Assembly (NCBI RefSeq): GCF_001194135.2 | Contig: NC_068988.1 | Coordinates: 12,772,153-12,836,152 of the forward strand | Direction of reading: 5' to 3' | DNA: 64,000 nucleotides | Origin: Octopus bimaculoides | Lineage: Eukaryota | Shown: positions 33,671 through 47,299 of the stretch, piece by piece | Numbering within the stretch: the stretch's first letter is position 1 | Layout: each line of letters begins with the position of its first letter | Program-made: the position numbers and the translations under genes | The notes under the pieces: model-generated | The model's input: the letters and a program-made list of their open reading frames with translations, nothing else | The model's database searches: none | Told to the model about the DNA's origin: nothing

Positions 33671-36600
33671 TTAATCTTCATGGTTGGACTTTAGAGGAAC
33701 TAGAGCCAGAATGGTTCCAATGATGATTCCAATAACACTCAGTAACAACAGTAAAACTACCCACCACCAATGTTTCATCCATTCACTGCAGCAACCCTGT
33801 AACAGAAAGAGAGAAAGAAAAAAAAATTAAGATATGCATATAAGTGTGCTAACAAATAACACATACACACATGTACACCAAGGTATTTACATCCTAGATT
33901 TTTAATTACATATATAATTAAATTATGTTATTAATGCATCTTTGTGTGTGTGGTTAAGAAGTAGACTTCACAACCACCTGATTTCAGATTCAGTCCTGCT
34001 ATGAAGCACCTGCAGAAAATACCCTATGCTATAGTTACAGACCGACAAATTGCCTTGTGAGTAAATTTGATAGGCAGAAGATGTGTAGAAGTTTATCACA
34101 TGCACATGCACGCATGCATGCACACACACACACACACATATATACACACTTGAACAGCTGGTAACTCAATTATTATTTCCTTTTAGGTTTAACCCAATAG
34201 ACATAGTGAAAGAAGCCAGGGTAAGCTTTGAACAATGGAAATTTATCCTACAGTGTTACTGGAAGAGTGGAAAAGCAGTCAAAGTGCAAAGGTAGTTTAG
34301 GAGAGAGTTTCAAATAGATCCACCTAGAGAACTTATTTTCACTAGAATTAGAGATAAGTTTGAAGCAAATGGAACTCTTCAGAATATCTACAAGAAATGT
34401 TCAAGAATTCTGTGGACATCAATGAGTCCTACAAAGCAAGTCTGGATACTAGAAAGATATTGCTAGAGTTCAAAACAATCCGTGTGAAATAGGAATTTTA
34501 AAATAAATGTTCAATGTATTTTTTAAGTCTTTGGAAAAGTTACATTCCATGAATATATTCCATGCTCTAAGTGAAGATGATCCAGACTGGAGAGAGGAGT
34601 TTTACAAGTGGTACTTGTTTTCAAAGACCTCTAGAATAAAAAATTCTTTTACTTGAAAAAGGTAAGGGTTACCAACAGGAAGAGTACCCAACTGTAAAAT
34701 CCTGCCTCCAGTAATTTCCCATCTCACCAATGCTAGCATAGAAAAACAAAGGAAACAATAGCTATGTCTAGCAACTCTGTTATCTCAGTTGGACATTGTC
34801 ATCATTCTCTACCGGCTTAGTTTCAGTCAAACCATCTTACCCATACCAGTATGGAAGAGAGACACTAAATGAAGAAGAGCAGCAGCCACGACAACAACAA
34901 CAACTACTACTACTTCCTGGCAAATAATTTATATCTATTCACACAAATTGCAAAGACATTAAGCAATGCTTGATTGCACCCAGTCATAATTCCCTAGCTT
35001 TCATTATCCAACAACCAGCTTTTACCCTTTTACTGGTTTCACACATATATATACGACAGGCTTCTTTCAGTTTCTGCATTTCTGTCTATCAAATCTACTC
35101 ACTTTGGTCAGCCTGAGGCTATAGTCGAAGACACTTGCCCATAGTAGCACACAGTGGAACTGAACCTTGAACCATGTGGCTGGGTAGCAAGCTTCTTCCC
35201 ACACAGCCATGCCTATCAAAGAGGATAAAGTAATGATTTTTTTAAAAATCAGATCTTAACAAAAGAGTGGACTTAATAGTTTTATCTGATGACAACCTTT
35301 TCTTTTATCATTTATTTATTTCACTTTTCAATCATTAGACTGTGGCCATGCTGGGGCACCATCTTGAAGGGTTTTAGTCAAACAAATCACCTCCAGTACT
35401 TCTGCATTAAAAAATTTTTTTTTGGCTTTTTAAAAAATCCAGTACTTATTCTATCACCCTCTTTTGTCGAACCACTAAATTATGGGGATGGAAACATGCT
35501 GGTTGTCAAACGGGGAGGGGAGGGGGGCATTTTCAAACAGACAGGAACACACACCCACTTACATATATATGAAATCCACTCACAAGCCATTGGTTAACCC
35601 AGAGCCATAGTAGAAGACACTTGCCCTAGGTGTTGCACTGTGGGGCTGAACTTGAAACCATGTTTAAAAAGCAAGTTTCTTAACCATACAACCACACCTA
35701 AGCATGTAATATTTTCAAAATGGCAAGGAACCCACAATCCTGACCTTTGTCCTGTACAAAATACAATTATAAAAAAGGGCAAACCTTGCTAATCCGGAAA
35801 GGGTTTTCGGTTACTTTTTCCACACACTTCTTATATTTTTGCTTTGCCCATCCTGGATTTTCAGCAGTTTCACACCTTGTTTGTATTGCTACTGGTTGTG
35901 AACGAACGGAGGTTTCCACAGGTACAATATACGGATTTGCAGAGTTAACCCTTTCTGATTTGGAAGGTGGTGGTGTCGAAGGTGGGGATTTAAAAGTACT
36001 CAGATTGGGTTTCTGTATAGCAGAGTTCCCAGAATTCTTCTTATCTTTACTGTTTAGCTGTTTTTCATTATTCGGTCTATAAGAATGGTTAGAAGTTGAT
36101 TCCACCTCAGGCAGTTGAGGGTTCTGAAAATGGAAGTCTGACGATGAAGGTGGCAGCGGTGGTTCAAAATTGTGTGTGTATGTTGAGTTTGTGACGGATT
36201 TTTTCGATTTACTGTGCTTACCTCGTTTTTTTGATCTTTCCGAAGTAATAACACTGTCCGTCTCTTTCCTAACGCTTGTAACATCCCAGTTGTCCACTTT
36301 GTCAATGTAAGACATTCTGTTTTTACCTCTTCCAGGCGTATTTTTGCTTTTATTTTTCTTCTTTCTTTCTTTCTCACTCTTCTCTCTTGTACTTTTTTTA
36401 AAAACCTTAATAAAAATAATATTGCCCAGTTAATACATCCAGTATCCAATGAGAAATACAAGCTTGGCAACAATTATTATTATTGTTGTTACTGTTGTTG
36501 TCTCAGTAATTTTATTTTTATTGTGTGCTTTCACTGTTCTACCAAGTGCAGATCTGTGTGCCTTGAGTATGTCTGTGGTTTGTTTTTGTTATTATTATTA

Positions 36601-38277
36601 TTAGTTAAGTCCTCTCATCTGCCACCCTTGTTGCAATAATAGAATAAAATGTTGTTGTTGTTGATGCAACAGTAGCCGTAATATCACAGGGCTCATACAT
36701 CCAAACGTGGAGGCCTCACCACATGTATACAAACACAAATGTTCAATGTTTTTGAGTTTAATGTCGATTAAGTTGTTCCTGTTTTGTTTATTGTTGTTAT
36801 TGCTGCTGCTGCTGCTGCTGTTTTCCTTGAGTGTAATTGTGTGTATGTGTGTGAGTGTAATTGTGTGTATGTGTGTGAGTGTAATTGTGTGTATGTGTGT
36901 GAGTGAAAGTATGTGTGCATGCTTACCTATCTTGTTTACTATTGCTTTCCATTATTACAAGGAATACTACAATGTAATTTGGTGGTGGTGTTGGTGGTAT
37001 TGGTACTGCTGGTGGTGGTGGTGGTGTCGATGGCAATGGTGGTGAGTTGTGTTGACAGGGTGTTGGTGACGGAGGGTGAAAGTTGTGTTGCTGTTGGTGG
37101 TGGTAATTTGTGTTTATGGTAATGGTGATGATCGTGTGGTAGTTTGTTGTCTTTGTAGTTGTTGGTATAGTGGTGGTGGTGGTGGTAGTAATAGTGTGAA
37201 TGTTTGTTGTTGTTTTGGTGGTGGTGGTGGTGCGTTAATGCATTATCAGTGTTGTGGCAGTGGATAATTATTCCTTTGGTCATTTTGAATTACAAGAAAT
37301 GGCAGATCAGAAGGAAATATAAACAGAGACTCTTAAAAGAAGAACGAGACAGTTTCAATGTTACACTTAACTATGGAAGACTAGAATAGCAACAACAGCG
37401 ACAAGTCAGCTACAGCTGTCACAGACCAACAATATCAACAAAACAACAGCAAAAAAAAAAAAAACCCCAAGATACAAAACAAAATGAAATAAAGAACCAC
37501 AAACAACCTTTCCCTTTGATGTTGCTTTCATTGTTTAATTTTCTGTCTTGTGTTTTATGTTGTGTACTATGCTTGTACTTTTGGCTATCCCTCTCTCAGC
37601 CAAGAAGTCCTTGTCTTGTGAGCTCACAAATGCTGGTGTCACATAAAAAGCACCCAGTACACTCTGTAAAATGGTTGGCATTAGGAAGGGCATCCAGCCA
37701 TAGAAACCATGCCAAAACAGACAAATGGAGCTTGGTGCAGCTCTCTGGTTATCCCAACCATACCAGCATGGAAAAAGGATGTTAAATGATGATGATGATG
37801 GTGGTCACAGGAAAGGATTGTAAGAGAGATTGTTCAATCTGAGCCAACTGGCAGGAGGCTGGGAGTAGAGCAAGAGTGAGATGGTTGGATAATATTCATA
37901 GTCTTAGTTGGTCATGTCTAGGAATCCAGCAGGAAAGAATAAGAATAGTTGCTTCTGATAGGACCCTATGAAAGAATTGCCTGAGGACTCTACTACCATG
38001 ACCCTCTCAGGAATAGTGGACAGAGATGAATGGATGGATGTAATAATAGATGAATGGATCACTTTAAAACACAAAGTTTGCATCATAAAGACAGAGAGAG
38101 TCTTAGGTGAGTTGGTATCAAAAGGGTTAACTGCCTACAGAGACAACTTTTAAACCCACAATTCCTAAGGACCGACATAAACTGAGTAGACTGATTTTCA
38201 TTTTATTCAATTACCAATCAATTTCTTAAACAAATATCTAGCTAGCTAGATAGGTATTTGTTTAATAAATAAATAAA

Positions 38278-38314
<37 letters not shown>

Positions 38315-41300
38315 AGGCATGAAATTGTAATGATCTTTTGGATATTGACTGATGAAGAATTAACTATGAATTTTGTTTGTTATGGTTTTATAAAATTTCC
38401 CAATTATTGTGTTTATGTTAAATCTTTGAAATATATATATCTATATATATAAAAATGAGAATGTGTGTCTGTCTGTCTGTGTGAATCCCTAAAACTCGAG
38501 AACTACGCAACCAATTTCATTCAAATTTTACACATGCCTTACTTAGGGTTCCAGTTGTGTTTTAGTCAAAAAAAATTATTAACTTCTTGCAGAGTTCGAG
38601 CACACGGCAACATAATATCTCCTCCACTATTTAAGTATTACGTGTCAAAAGTGAAATAAAAACACTCATGTCAAATATTTTCACTTTAAAAATGAAACTA
38701 TTCCACTAACTGAAACAATCACATTTCGATACTGCAGTGACATACTTTCACAGAGAGAGANNNNNNNNNNNNNNNNNNNNNNNNNNNNNNNNNNNNNNNN
38801 NNNNNNNNNNNNNNNNNNNNNNNNNNNNNNNNNNNNNNNNNNNNNNNNNNNNNNNNNNNNNNNNNNNNNNNNNNNNNNNNNNNNNNNNNNNNNNNNNNNN
38901 NNNNNNNNNNNNNNNNNNNNNNNNNNNNNNNNNNNNNNNNNNNNNNNNNNNNNNNNNNNNNNNNNNNNNNNNNNNNNNNNNNNNNNNNNNNNNNNNNNNN
39001 NNNNNNNNNNNNNNNNNNNNNNNNNNNNNNNNNNNNNNNNNNNNNNNNNNNNNNNNNNNNNNNNNNNNNNNNNNNNNNNNNNNNNNNNNNNNNNNNNNNN
39101 NNNNNNNNNNNNNNNNNNNNNNNNNNNNNNNNNNNNNNNNNNNNNNNNNNNNNNNNNNNNNNNNNNNNNNNNNNNNNNNNNNNNNNNNNNNNNNNNNNNN
39201 NNNNNNNNNNNNNNNNNNNNNNNNNNNNNNNNNNNNNNNNNNNNNNNNNNNNNNNNNNNNNNNNNNNNNNNNNNNNNNNNNNNNNNNNNNNNNNNNNNNN
39301 NNNNNNNNNNNNNNNNNNNNNNNNNNNNNNNNNNNNNNNNNNNNNNNNNNNNNNNNNNNNNNNNNNNNNNNNNNNNNNNNNNNNNNNNNNNNNNNNNNNN
39401 NNNNNNNNNNNNNNNNNNNNNNNNNNNNNNNNNNNNNNNNNNNNNNNNNNNNNNNNNNNNNNNNNNNNNNNNNNNNNNNNNNNNNNNNNNNNNNNNNNNN
39501 NNNNNNNNNNNNNNNNNNNNNNNNNNTCTCTTGGAAGAGCCCTGCTTCTCACATGGACAACTGTATGTTGGCTGCTCAAGAGTGGGCAGCAACAAAAAAC
39601 CTATTTGTATATGCTCCACAAGGGAAAACAAGGAACATAGTTTACAATGAGGTGTTATAATCACAACAGCAAGAAAGTATGTACATGATCACCTTCTTTT
39701 ACGAAACTTCATTGATTTTCATATATTTATATTGATATACATATATATACGTGTGTTTGGGTGCGTGTGTGTATATACATCTCTATATATAAAGATGATG
39801 CGTAGTCTAGACGGCGTTTTTAGATTTCATTATTCTCTTTAACCCGGGCAACGCCGGGTATTTCTGCTAGTATATATATATATACATATATGTGCGTGTG
39901 TATGTATGTATATGTGTGTGTGTGTGTGTGTGTATGTATATATATATATATAATCTTCCTATGTCAAAACAGAAGGGAGAGTCCATCATATATATAATGG
40001 TAGTAAAGGAATGGGTTAAAGGAACACATCCCCATGATATATTTCATTGTTGTTTTGATGTTGCAGTTTAACCCCAGGCCAGCTATGATCAAGCAGACCT
40101 ATGATCAAAGGCATTCCAGTTATGACCAACCAATTATTTTTTCTATGAGTTGGTAATCCAGGACCATATAATCCAACAAGTTTTTTTTTTAAATGTAAGG
40201 GTGTGATTTGAGGGAGATTTGGCTGCTATTTTCAGCAGACTCTTCTATTAGTTTAAGCTCCTTGATGGTTGCCTTTGTGTTGGAGGTGGTGGTGGTGGTA
40301 TTAGTAGTGTTCAGTGTAGTGGAGATTGTAATGGTGGTGGTGGTGTTGGTTGCGATGGTGGTGGCAGTGCTGCACTGTACATAAACTTGTGCCAAGTTTT
40401 GCTGTGGTGACCCAAAATCTCGGTACAAAACAAGACAAATTTCTTGTCCCTTCTATTGTGTTGGAAGCAAAACATACTATCTTAATTACTGTCTGGACAT
40501 TTTCAAGTCGTTCAATAATAACAGACAGCTATACCACCATGATGTGTGAATGTATGTGTGTGTGAGTAAAGAATAATTTGTATACATACATGCACAAATA
40601 TCAATGTGTGTGTGCATATATACACACACACATATACGTATGTATGTGAGTAAAAAATAATCTGTATACATACATGCACAGATACTATATTTCCACGCAC
40701 ATAGCCATGCACAAATATCTATGTGTGTGTGCACATATAGAGAGAGAGAGAAAGAGAGAGAGAGAGACACACACACACACACACCATCATCATCATCGTT
40801 ATTGTTTCAATGTCAACTTTTTCATGTTTACAAGGCTCAGTTGAAATATGTTGAAGCAGAATTCTATGGCTGGATACCCTTCCTGTACCCAGCCTTCTTT
40901 CCAAGCAAGATAATATTTCTAGGGGAAATATTTCCCATGGCCAGACGTACATATTCTGTCTACATTTTATGTATGCTTATAAATAGTTACTGACATGGGG
41001 GGGAGGGTCAACATATGCCTATCTCTATACCCATACATATACAAAATTATCTAAATCTATGTATGTCTGTGAGTGGCTTTTATCCTTCAGACTTTATACC
41101 ATATTTATTACAATTCTTTTTTGTTTTCTGAAATACAAATGCTTTCTCAATTAAAATTGCACTTTATTTTTGGAGCTCTTGGAAAAGGATGCATGGCATT
41201 CGATCAAAAACTACCTCAACAAATTCCATCCGAGTCATGCAAGTGGACATAAAAACGATGATCATGATGCACAATAACACCAGCAGACCACGCTTGCTTT

Positions 41301-41742
41301 ATTGCTTTCTAACTTAAGCATTCAATGCCTGTATTTTGCTATCATGCAATGCAGCACTTCATACATAAGCATCACCAAATCAGTCCTTTGTTCACAGAGA
41401 GAGAGAGAGGAAGTCTTCATTTGCTGCCAGCAGAATTAATAGATTCCTGGACTTTTTTTCGATCCTTGTGATTATTCTGGCAACTACACTTTTGAAATAT
41501 TCAAAACTACTGTTCATTCTTTTATTTCTTTCAGTCATTTGACTGTGGCCATGTTGGAGCACCGCCTTTAGTCGAGCAAATCGACCCCAGGACTTATTTT
41601 TTTGTAAGCCTAGTACTTATTCTATCGGTCTCTTTTGCTGAACCGCTAAGTGCCGCAGACGTAAACACACCAGCATCAGTTGTCAAGCAATGTTGAAGGG
41701 ACAAACACAGACACAAACACAAACACAAACACACACATATAT

Positions 41743-41776
<34 letters not shown>

Positions 41777-42819
41777 GACAAGCTTACTTCAGTTTCCGTC
41801 TACCAAATCCACTCACAAGGCTTTGGTCGGCCCGAGGCTATGGTAGAAGACACTTGCCCAAGGTACCAGGCAGTGGGACTGAACCCAGAACCATGTGGTT
41901 GGTAAGCAAGCTACTTACCACACAGCCACTCCTGTGCCTATTGGTAAAAGAAACTATCAACTACTTCTAATATATAAATTTGTGTTGTGTCTATCTGGTC
42001 TCATTGGAAGTTAACTGAAAAGGTCTATAATGTGCAACTGCTGAGATGAGAGAGAAGTTAAAGAGAAAGATAAAGAAAGTGTGTGCTTTATTGGAAGAGG
42101 AAGTTAGAGAGTGGCAGAGAATATGTACGAGTGACAGAGAGTATGCATGAGGGGAAAAACGAGTGGGAAGTCAAGAGATTACATTTAACACACAAACACA
42201 TTGATATTCACACTGATATCAATAGATTAGCTACAACACAAACTCTTATATATACACACACACACACACACAGACTGGACCGGGCGACGCGTTGTGCTCT
42301 TGAGCAAAACACTTCATTTCACGTTGCTCCAGTCCACTCAGTTGGCAAAAATGAGTAACACTGTGATGGACTGGCGTCCCGTCCAGCTGGGGAACACATA
42401 CACCATTGAAACTGGCAAACCGGGCCCATGAGCCTGGCTAGGCTTTAAAAGGGTGCATTTATTTTTTTATATATATATATATATATATACAAACATATAT
42501 ATGTACATTAGATAAGTCGTTAATGCTGAAACAATGCAAAATGAAACACAAAACTCAAAACAGAACAACAGTGGAAGTTTTACCTGTATTTCTTTGATAT
42601 TTTGGGTGAGGACCTCTTCATCTGGACACATGGAGAAATTAATGATGGAATAAAGCTATTAACATTACCCAGATATGTGGGATAAGGTAGTGACATTCAT
42701 AGACTGCAGCTGTTATAGTAGTCAGTCTGCTTCAAGTACTTCTTTTCTGTTGTTTATTTACTGGTTTTAGCTTCTTGATTAGGATAACCTCCTTGATTTG
42801 AAGGTTGACTTCCTTGCAT
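33671..42819 (-). CDS. Uncharacterised ~280-aa protein with basic/Ser-Pro-rich N-terminal region and a single C-terminal transmembrane helix (tail-anchored-like)
   Basis: Minus-strand exons 42819-42762 (ATG, in-frame TAG 12 nt upstream), 42621-42584, 36405-35785 (621 nt open) and 33796-33671 (GCCSEWMKHWWWVVLLLLLSVIGIIIGTILALVPLKSNHED*). All GT-AG with matching phases; 843 nt total. The last two exons are better supported than the first two. Confidence 0.7.
35330..35720 (-). mobile_element. SINE family A copy
   Basis: Reverse-complement homology to 3933-4375. Confidence 0.75.
36827..36905. repeat. 24-bp tandem repeat, about 3 copies
   Basis: GAGTGTAATTGTGTGTATGTGTGT units. Confidence 0.9.
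37630..37800 (+). mobile_element. SINE family C copy
   Basis: TTGGCATTAGGAAGGGCATCCAGCC segment and (GAT)n tail. Confidence 0.8.
38440..39870 (+). mobile_element. Helitron (partial, middle in N gap)
   Basis: A|TC 5' terminus (TCTATATATATAAAAATGAG); after the gap a frameshifted RepHel helicase C-terminus (LLEEPCFSHGQLYVGCSRVGS..NLFVYAPQGKTRNIVYNEVL*); 3' hairpin ACCCGG-GCAACG-CCGGGT followed by CTAG|T. Confidence 0.85.
41525..41935 (-). mobile_element. SINE family A copy (well preserved)
   Basis: Reverse-complement homology to 3933-4375. Confidence 0.85.
42270..42460 (+). mobile_element. SINE fragment, further family (related fragments at about 11095-11340 and 27350-27600)
   Basis: TGTGCTCTTGAGCAAAACACTTCATTTCAC and GATGGACTGGCGTCCCGTCCAG segments; the first recurs in reverse at about 27520-27550. 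Confidence 0.6.
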
Positions 42820-43521
42820 TCTGTGGCTCTAATGGATACAGTAAAGTCCTGAATCTGACACTTCAGCAAGTATTTAAGGACTGAAGTGTTATACATATAT
42901 AAATATATACACAATGAAAAAGTCCTAAGAATAACAGTTAAGACCAAGGGAGCTTTATCTATAGCTGATTTATTTTGTTTTATCTTAAATACTAGAAACT
43001 TTTCTCCTCTTTATTACTAATAAAGAGGTCATATGTCACACACTTTTCTGTCCTTATCTGCTCTTCCTCCTTTATCTAAGAGAATGAGATAGGGTAATAA
43101 AGAAACAGAAAGTGAGAAAAAAAAAAAGACAGTGTGTGAGAATAAAGAAAAGAGAAGGCAAGGATGAGAAAAGTGGGGTACTTTTTTACTTTCTCACGAG
43201 GTTTTCAATTTGTATGATGTTATAGACATAAATACAATATTTTGCTTGATTTGTAATGATACACACACATATATATATATTTACATTATATATATTTGCA
43301 TATGTGTAAAAATGCACATGCATATGTACATACGCACAATAAAACCTATATAGATTTCAAAATATAAATCATTGAAATTTCAATAACGCAACGTAAGTCA
43401 TCCGAATATCAGCTGAAACATAAAATGAGAATTTCTGTTCATATTTTTCTTCATCTACTGATCAGGTAGTAAGTGAATGTACACACATATATATATATAC
43501 ATGGGTATACATATATATGCA

Positions 43522-43570
<49 letters not shown>

Positions 43571-43968
43571 CCATTTAGTTACATCATCTTACATACATTT
43601 CCTTAACAAAATAATTAGTTTCACAATGTAAATTACTATCAAAATGTATAGACAAATCTTCAGAGATGTGTAACCTTTATATGCTACATTGCTGAATTGT
43701 CAAATTGTTGATAGAAATAACCACCATATGCATAGCATCCATTTGTTCCCATCCCTATGAGGGTTAATTCAGTCAACAATTCAACAATCTAGTAATGTTA
43801 CACATCTCTGAAGATTTTATAATGTAAATTATCTAATCAAAAATGTATTATGTAACCATTTTTTGTTACTGAAATGTATGTAAGGTGATGTAATTAATCA
43901 CAGATATTTTGTTCTTATATATTAAAATAAAGTACATCTATTATCTTATGTCATCAAATAGATTACTT

Positions 43969-44029
<61 letters not shown>

Positions 44030-44200
44030 GAACTTGTGATACACTTCAATTTCTAAACATAAACATATTCTAATCTAAAGTTTGCTTATACCTACACACT
44101 ACTGTAATTATATATATATATGAGAACTTGCGATATATTCAACTTCTAAACACAAACGTATTCTAACTTAAAGTTTCTTATACCTAAACACTGCTGTAAT
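44030..44200. repeat. Diverged ~90-bp tandem duplication
   Basis: GAACTTG(T/C)GATA...CTGTAATT unit occurs twice, separated by (TA)n. Confidence 0.8.
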
Positions 44201-45907
44201 TTATTATTTTATATTATATAAGTAAATAATAAAGACATCATTGCATGGTTAAGAAGTTCAGTTTGCAGTTCAAACACACTACCTTGGACAAGGGTCTTCT
44301 ACCATAGACGCAGATTGATTTTCATCAATAACTTGGGAGTGGCATGTGGAAAACAGAAACTGTAAAAGGATGTAAACATCAGGAACAAAACAAAATGAAA
44401 AAAAAACTGTTCTTCAAACAAAGACCTTTGCACCAAATTATGTTACCTGTCACTGTCGGAAATGCAGTGATTGGTCTGTTTACTAAACTGTAAACTAACA
44501 CTATTGTTCAGTTATATTATAAAATCAATTCAAATTGAAAGTTTAAGACCTTTCATATTTACATCAAACACTCCTTAACCATTTAAAAAGACCAATAATT
44601 TTTTTTTTTCCCTGCATACAGGTAATTTGGGACATTAAAGGACTGAAATAAGTTACAGGTTATGTCATGTTGAAGATATGAAATAGTGCTATACAAGATT
44701 ACCATCGACAAAAAATATTAAGAATTTCACAGCAGACAAAATAAAATATGGGAACTATGCATCTTCATCCTCAGTTTTAAACTTTAATGCCATTTCATAT
44801 TGAGGGAACGGTTATCTCCCTTGTATTAATGGCCTTGTCAGGGAGAACCAGTCAATTGGCAGAACCAAATACATCATAATTGTCAAGTTCATTACAAAAC
44901 ATTACATAATTCAGGCTCCTGTGAACTGGCATAGAGCTTTAAAAAACCTGCCGATATTCATTGCTAAAAAAATTTTTAAATCATTTGAAAGTCAATTTAT
45001 GTCCGTGGCTACCATGCTGCATCACAAAAGCCTTGATCTTCAACACAGCAAAAAAATATTTCAATTCCTAACTTATTGATTTTTGGCTATTACCCAAATT
45101 ACAACAATAAAGTCGTACGCCTCTTTTTAATTTACCACGAGAAAGCCAAAGATTTCATTGACACATTTAAATTTCTAGTGGTAAATACAGTCTTTATCTG
45201 CATTAAAACTTTCCACTAGTCTTTCATCATATGGATTCTGCTCAGGCAACCTTACTGGTTTCACTCCACTAGTTCATCTACCTCTTCTTGCTAACCTACA
45301 CCTAGTTTCTCTTCTCACAATCTGCAACATTCATTACGTACAGACCTTCATTTTATCGATAGAGCTCTTCTACTTAGTTGCTACATCCGATAATAGCTGC
45401 CAAATTCCAAACCATATTAACAAATAAAAGAGCTTATTGGACAAAGTACTTCCTCTATGTATGGTATTGTTTGTTTTTGGTAGAATCAGTAAAATGTACT
45501 CAATCTGGTGAGAGGTTAAGTATCATTTAATGAATACAGGAGTTAAACATGAACTACTTCAGTTCTTATGCTAAGATAGCACAGAAAATGGACAGAGTAC
45601 TGTGCACAATCTGGTGATTGTCCATGTTCAGTATTTAACCCTTTTGATACCAACCCACCTGAAATTGCTACTGGCTCTTGTAGTACAAATGTTTTGTTTC
45701 CAAAAGTTCTGAATTAAAATCTTCCACCAAATTTTAGTTACAATTGATGTTCCTAGCTCAATGATAAATAATTTATTTTACTAAATTCTAAGAAACAGAG
45801 TATCTCAACAGAAATATGGTACCAAAAGGGTTAAGTAACCAACAAGATTTTGTAAATTACAAATTTCAGATTATTAGATTTGAATTTTAATATTATCTTG
45901 AATCTAG

Positions 45908-46115
45908 GGGCAGTGAGCTGGCAGGATCGTTACTACACCAGCTTGAATGCTTAGCAGCATTTCTTCAGACTTAATGTTGCAAGTTCAAATTCCATCAGGG
46001 TCAACTTCGCCTTTTATCCTTTCAGGCATCAATAGAATAAGCATCAGTTGAGCACTGGGAGTGATGTAATTGACTTCCTTCTCCCACAAAATTGCTGGCC
46101 TTGTGCCAAAATCTG
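45908..46115 (+). mobile_element. SINE family B copy
   Basis: Homology to 18478-18695. Confidence 0.75.
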
Positions 46116-46362
46116 AAACGTGGAGTAGTGGCAACATGTAATATTGAATGCATTACGTTATTTCGTTCTGTTCACATCCTTGTTGCTAACAGACCTTCAC
46201 TCAAAAACTGATGAAATAAGTACTGGTCATGAATTGGAGCTGAAATTAATTATCCATCTTCTGTAAAAAAAAAAATTGCAGTCTTGAACTAATCTAAGAA
46301 AAATCAATATTGATTATCTTTCCATAACAGCAGTGACAATTACAAAATAGTCTTTTACTTAC

Positions 46363-46509
46363 TTTGTTTGTTGACAGCTAAAGCGAAAAGAGAAAACCTT
46401 CTGAAGAGAGAAGAGGTTGGGAAATAATCAGGAAGAGAAAACTTAATAAGTGTCAAGGAAAGAGATCCAAGCTGCAACACCTCCTGACTTAGCAGTTTAC
46501 AGGTTCCTT
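46363..46509 (-). other. Candidate non-coding 5'-UTR exon of the minus-strand TM-protein gene
   Basis: Minus-strand acceptor TTGTACAG and perfect donor AAA|GTAAGT bracket 147 nt with no ATG. Confidence 0.45.
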
Positions 46510-47299
46510 CTGTACAAATTAACTCAATGACAAACATAAATTGTAACAGTTTAAATCTTTAAGCACAGACAAGATATCCTACGTACTAAACAAATTTTAG
46601 CACTTAAAACAGTTCAACATTAAACTGAACTTGATACTTTTTGCAAAGTATATATTTATTTTACTTGTACAAAAAGAGAGTTGATAGTGACTGAAGTTTC
46701 AGCTAGTTTTCATCATACTGTGGTGAAGTCCAACAAAATTTAGCAGACCAAAAGTTTGAAGACACTGTCACCAGGTTTCTTGTAAAAGTACTATATATCA
46801 CATACATGCATGTTGATAAGGTTTCAACTGGTTTTATTAGAAAGACTTGTCTTTAGGGTTGACAACACTATTGTTTCAATTGACATACTGTGAATTCATT
46901 AAAATACTTCCAGTGATGAGTAAACAAGCAATTTAACATTTGCTTTGTGTGTTTTAACTATGTAGATACATAAGATTGTATAATTGGATTAAATTAAATT
47001 AATTTTCTTTGCATGTTCCGACTATCCAAAAATCCATTTTATATGTATCAGGGAGAAAACATCGGTTAAAAAAAAAAACACATTTTAATTACAAAAGCTT
47101 TCTTTCAAGTTAAAACAATATTAAAAGAATTCAATGTGAAAGAAAAATAAATTCATAAACACACAAAATAAAAGAAAACAAGGATTTCATTTACGGGTTT
47201 ATTGGAAACCAGTCTCTAAGATATACAAAGAAAAAAACAGGCTAACTACATACACTCCTTACATAAGGGAGACAACTGAGAGCACTTGTAAACTGGTGG

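Noticed and set aside
37904-38153. Short ORFs on both strands
   Set aside because: About 60 aa, no splice signals in phase with the TM gene; probably decayed repeat sequence.
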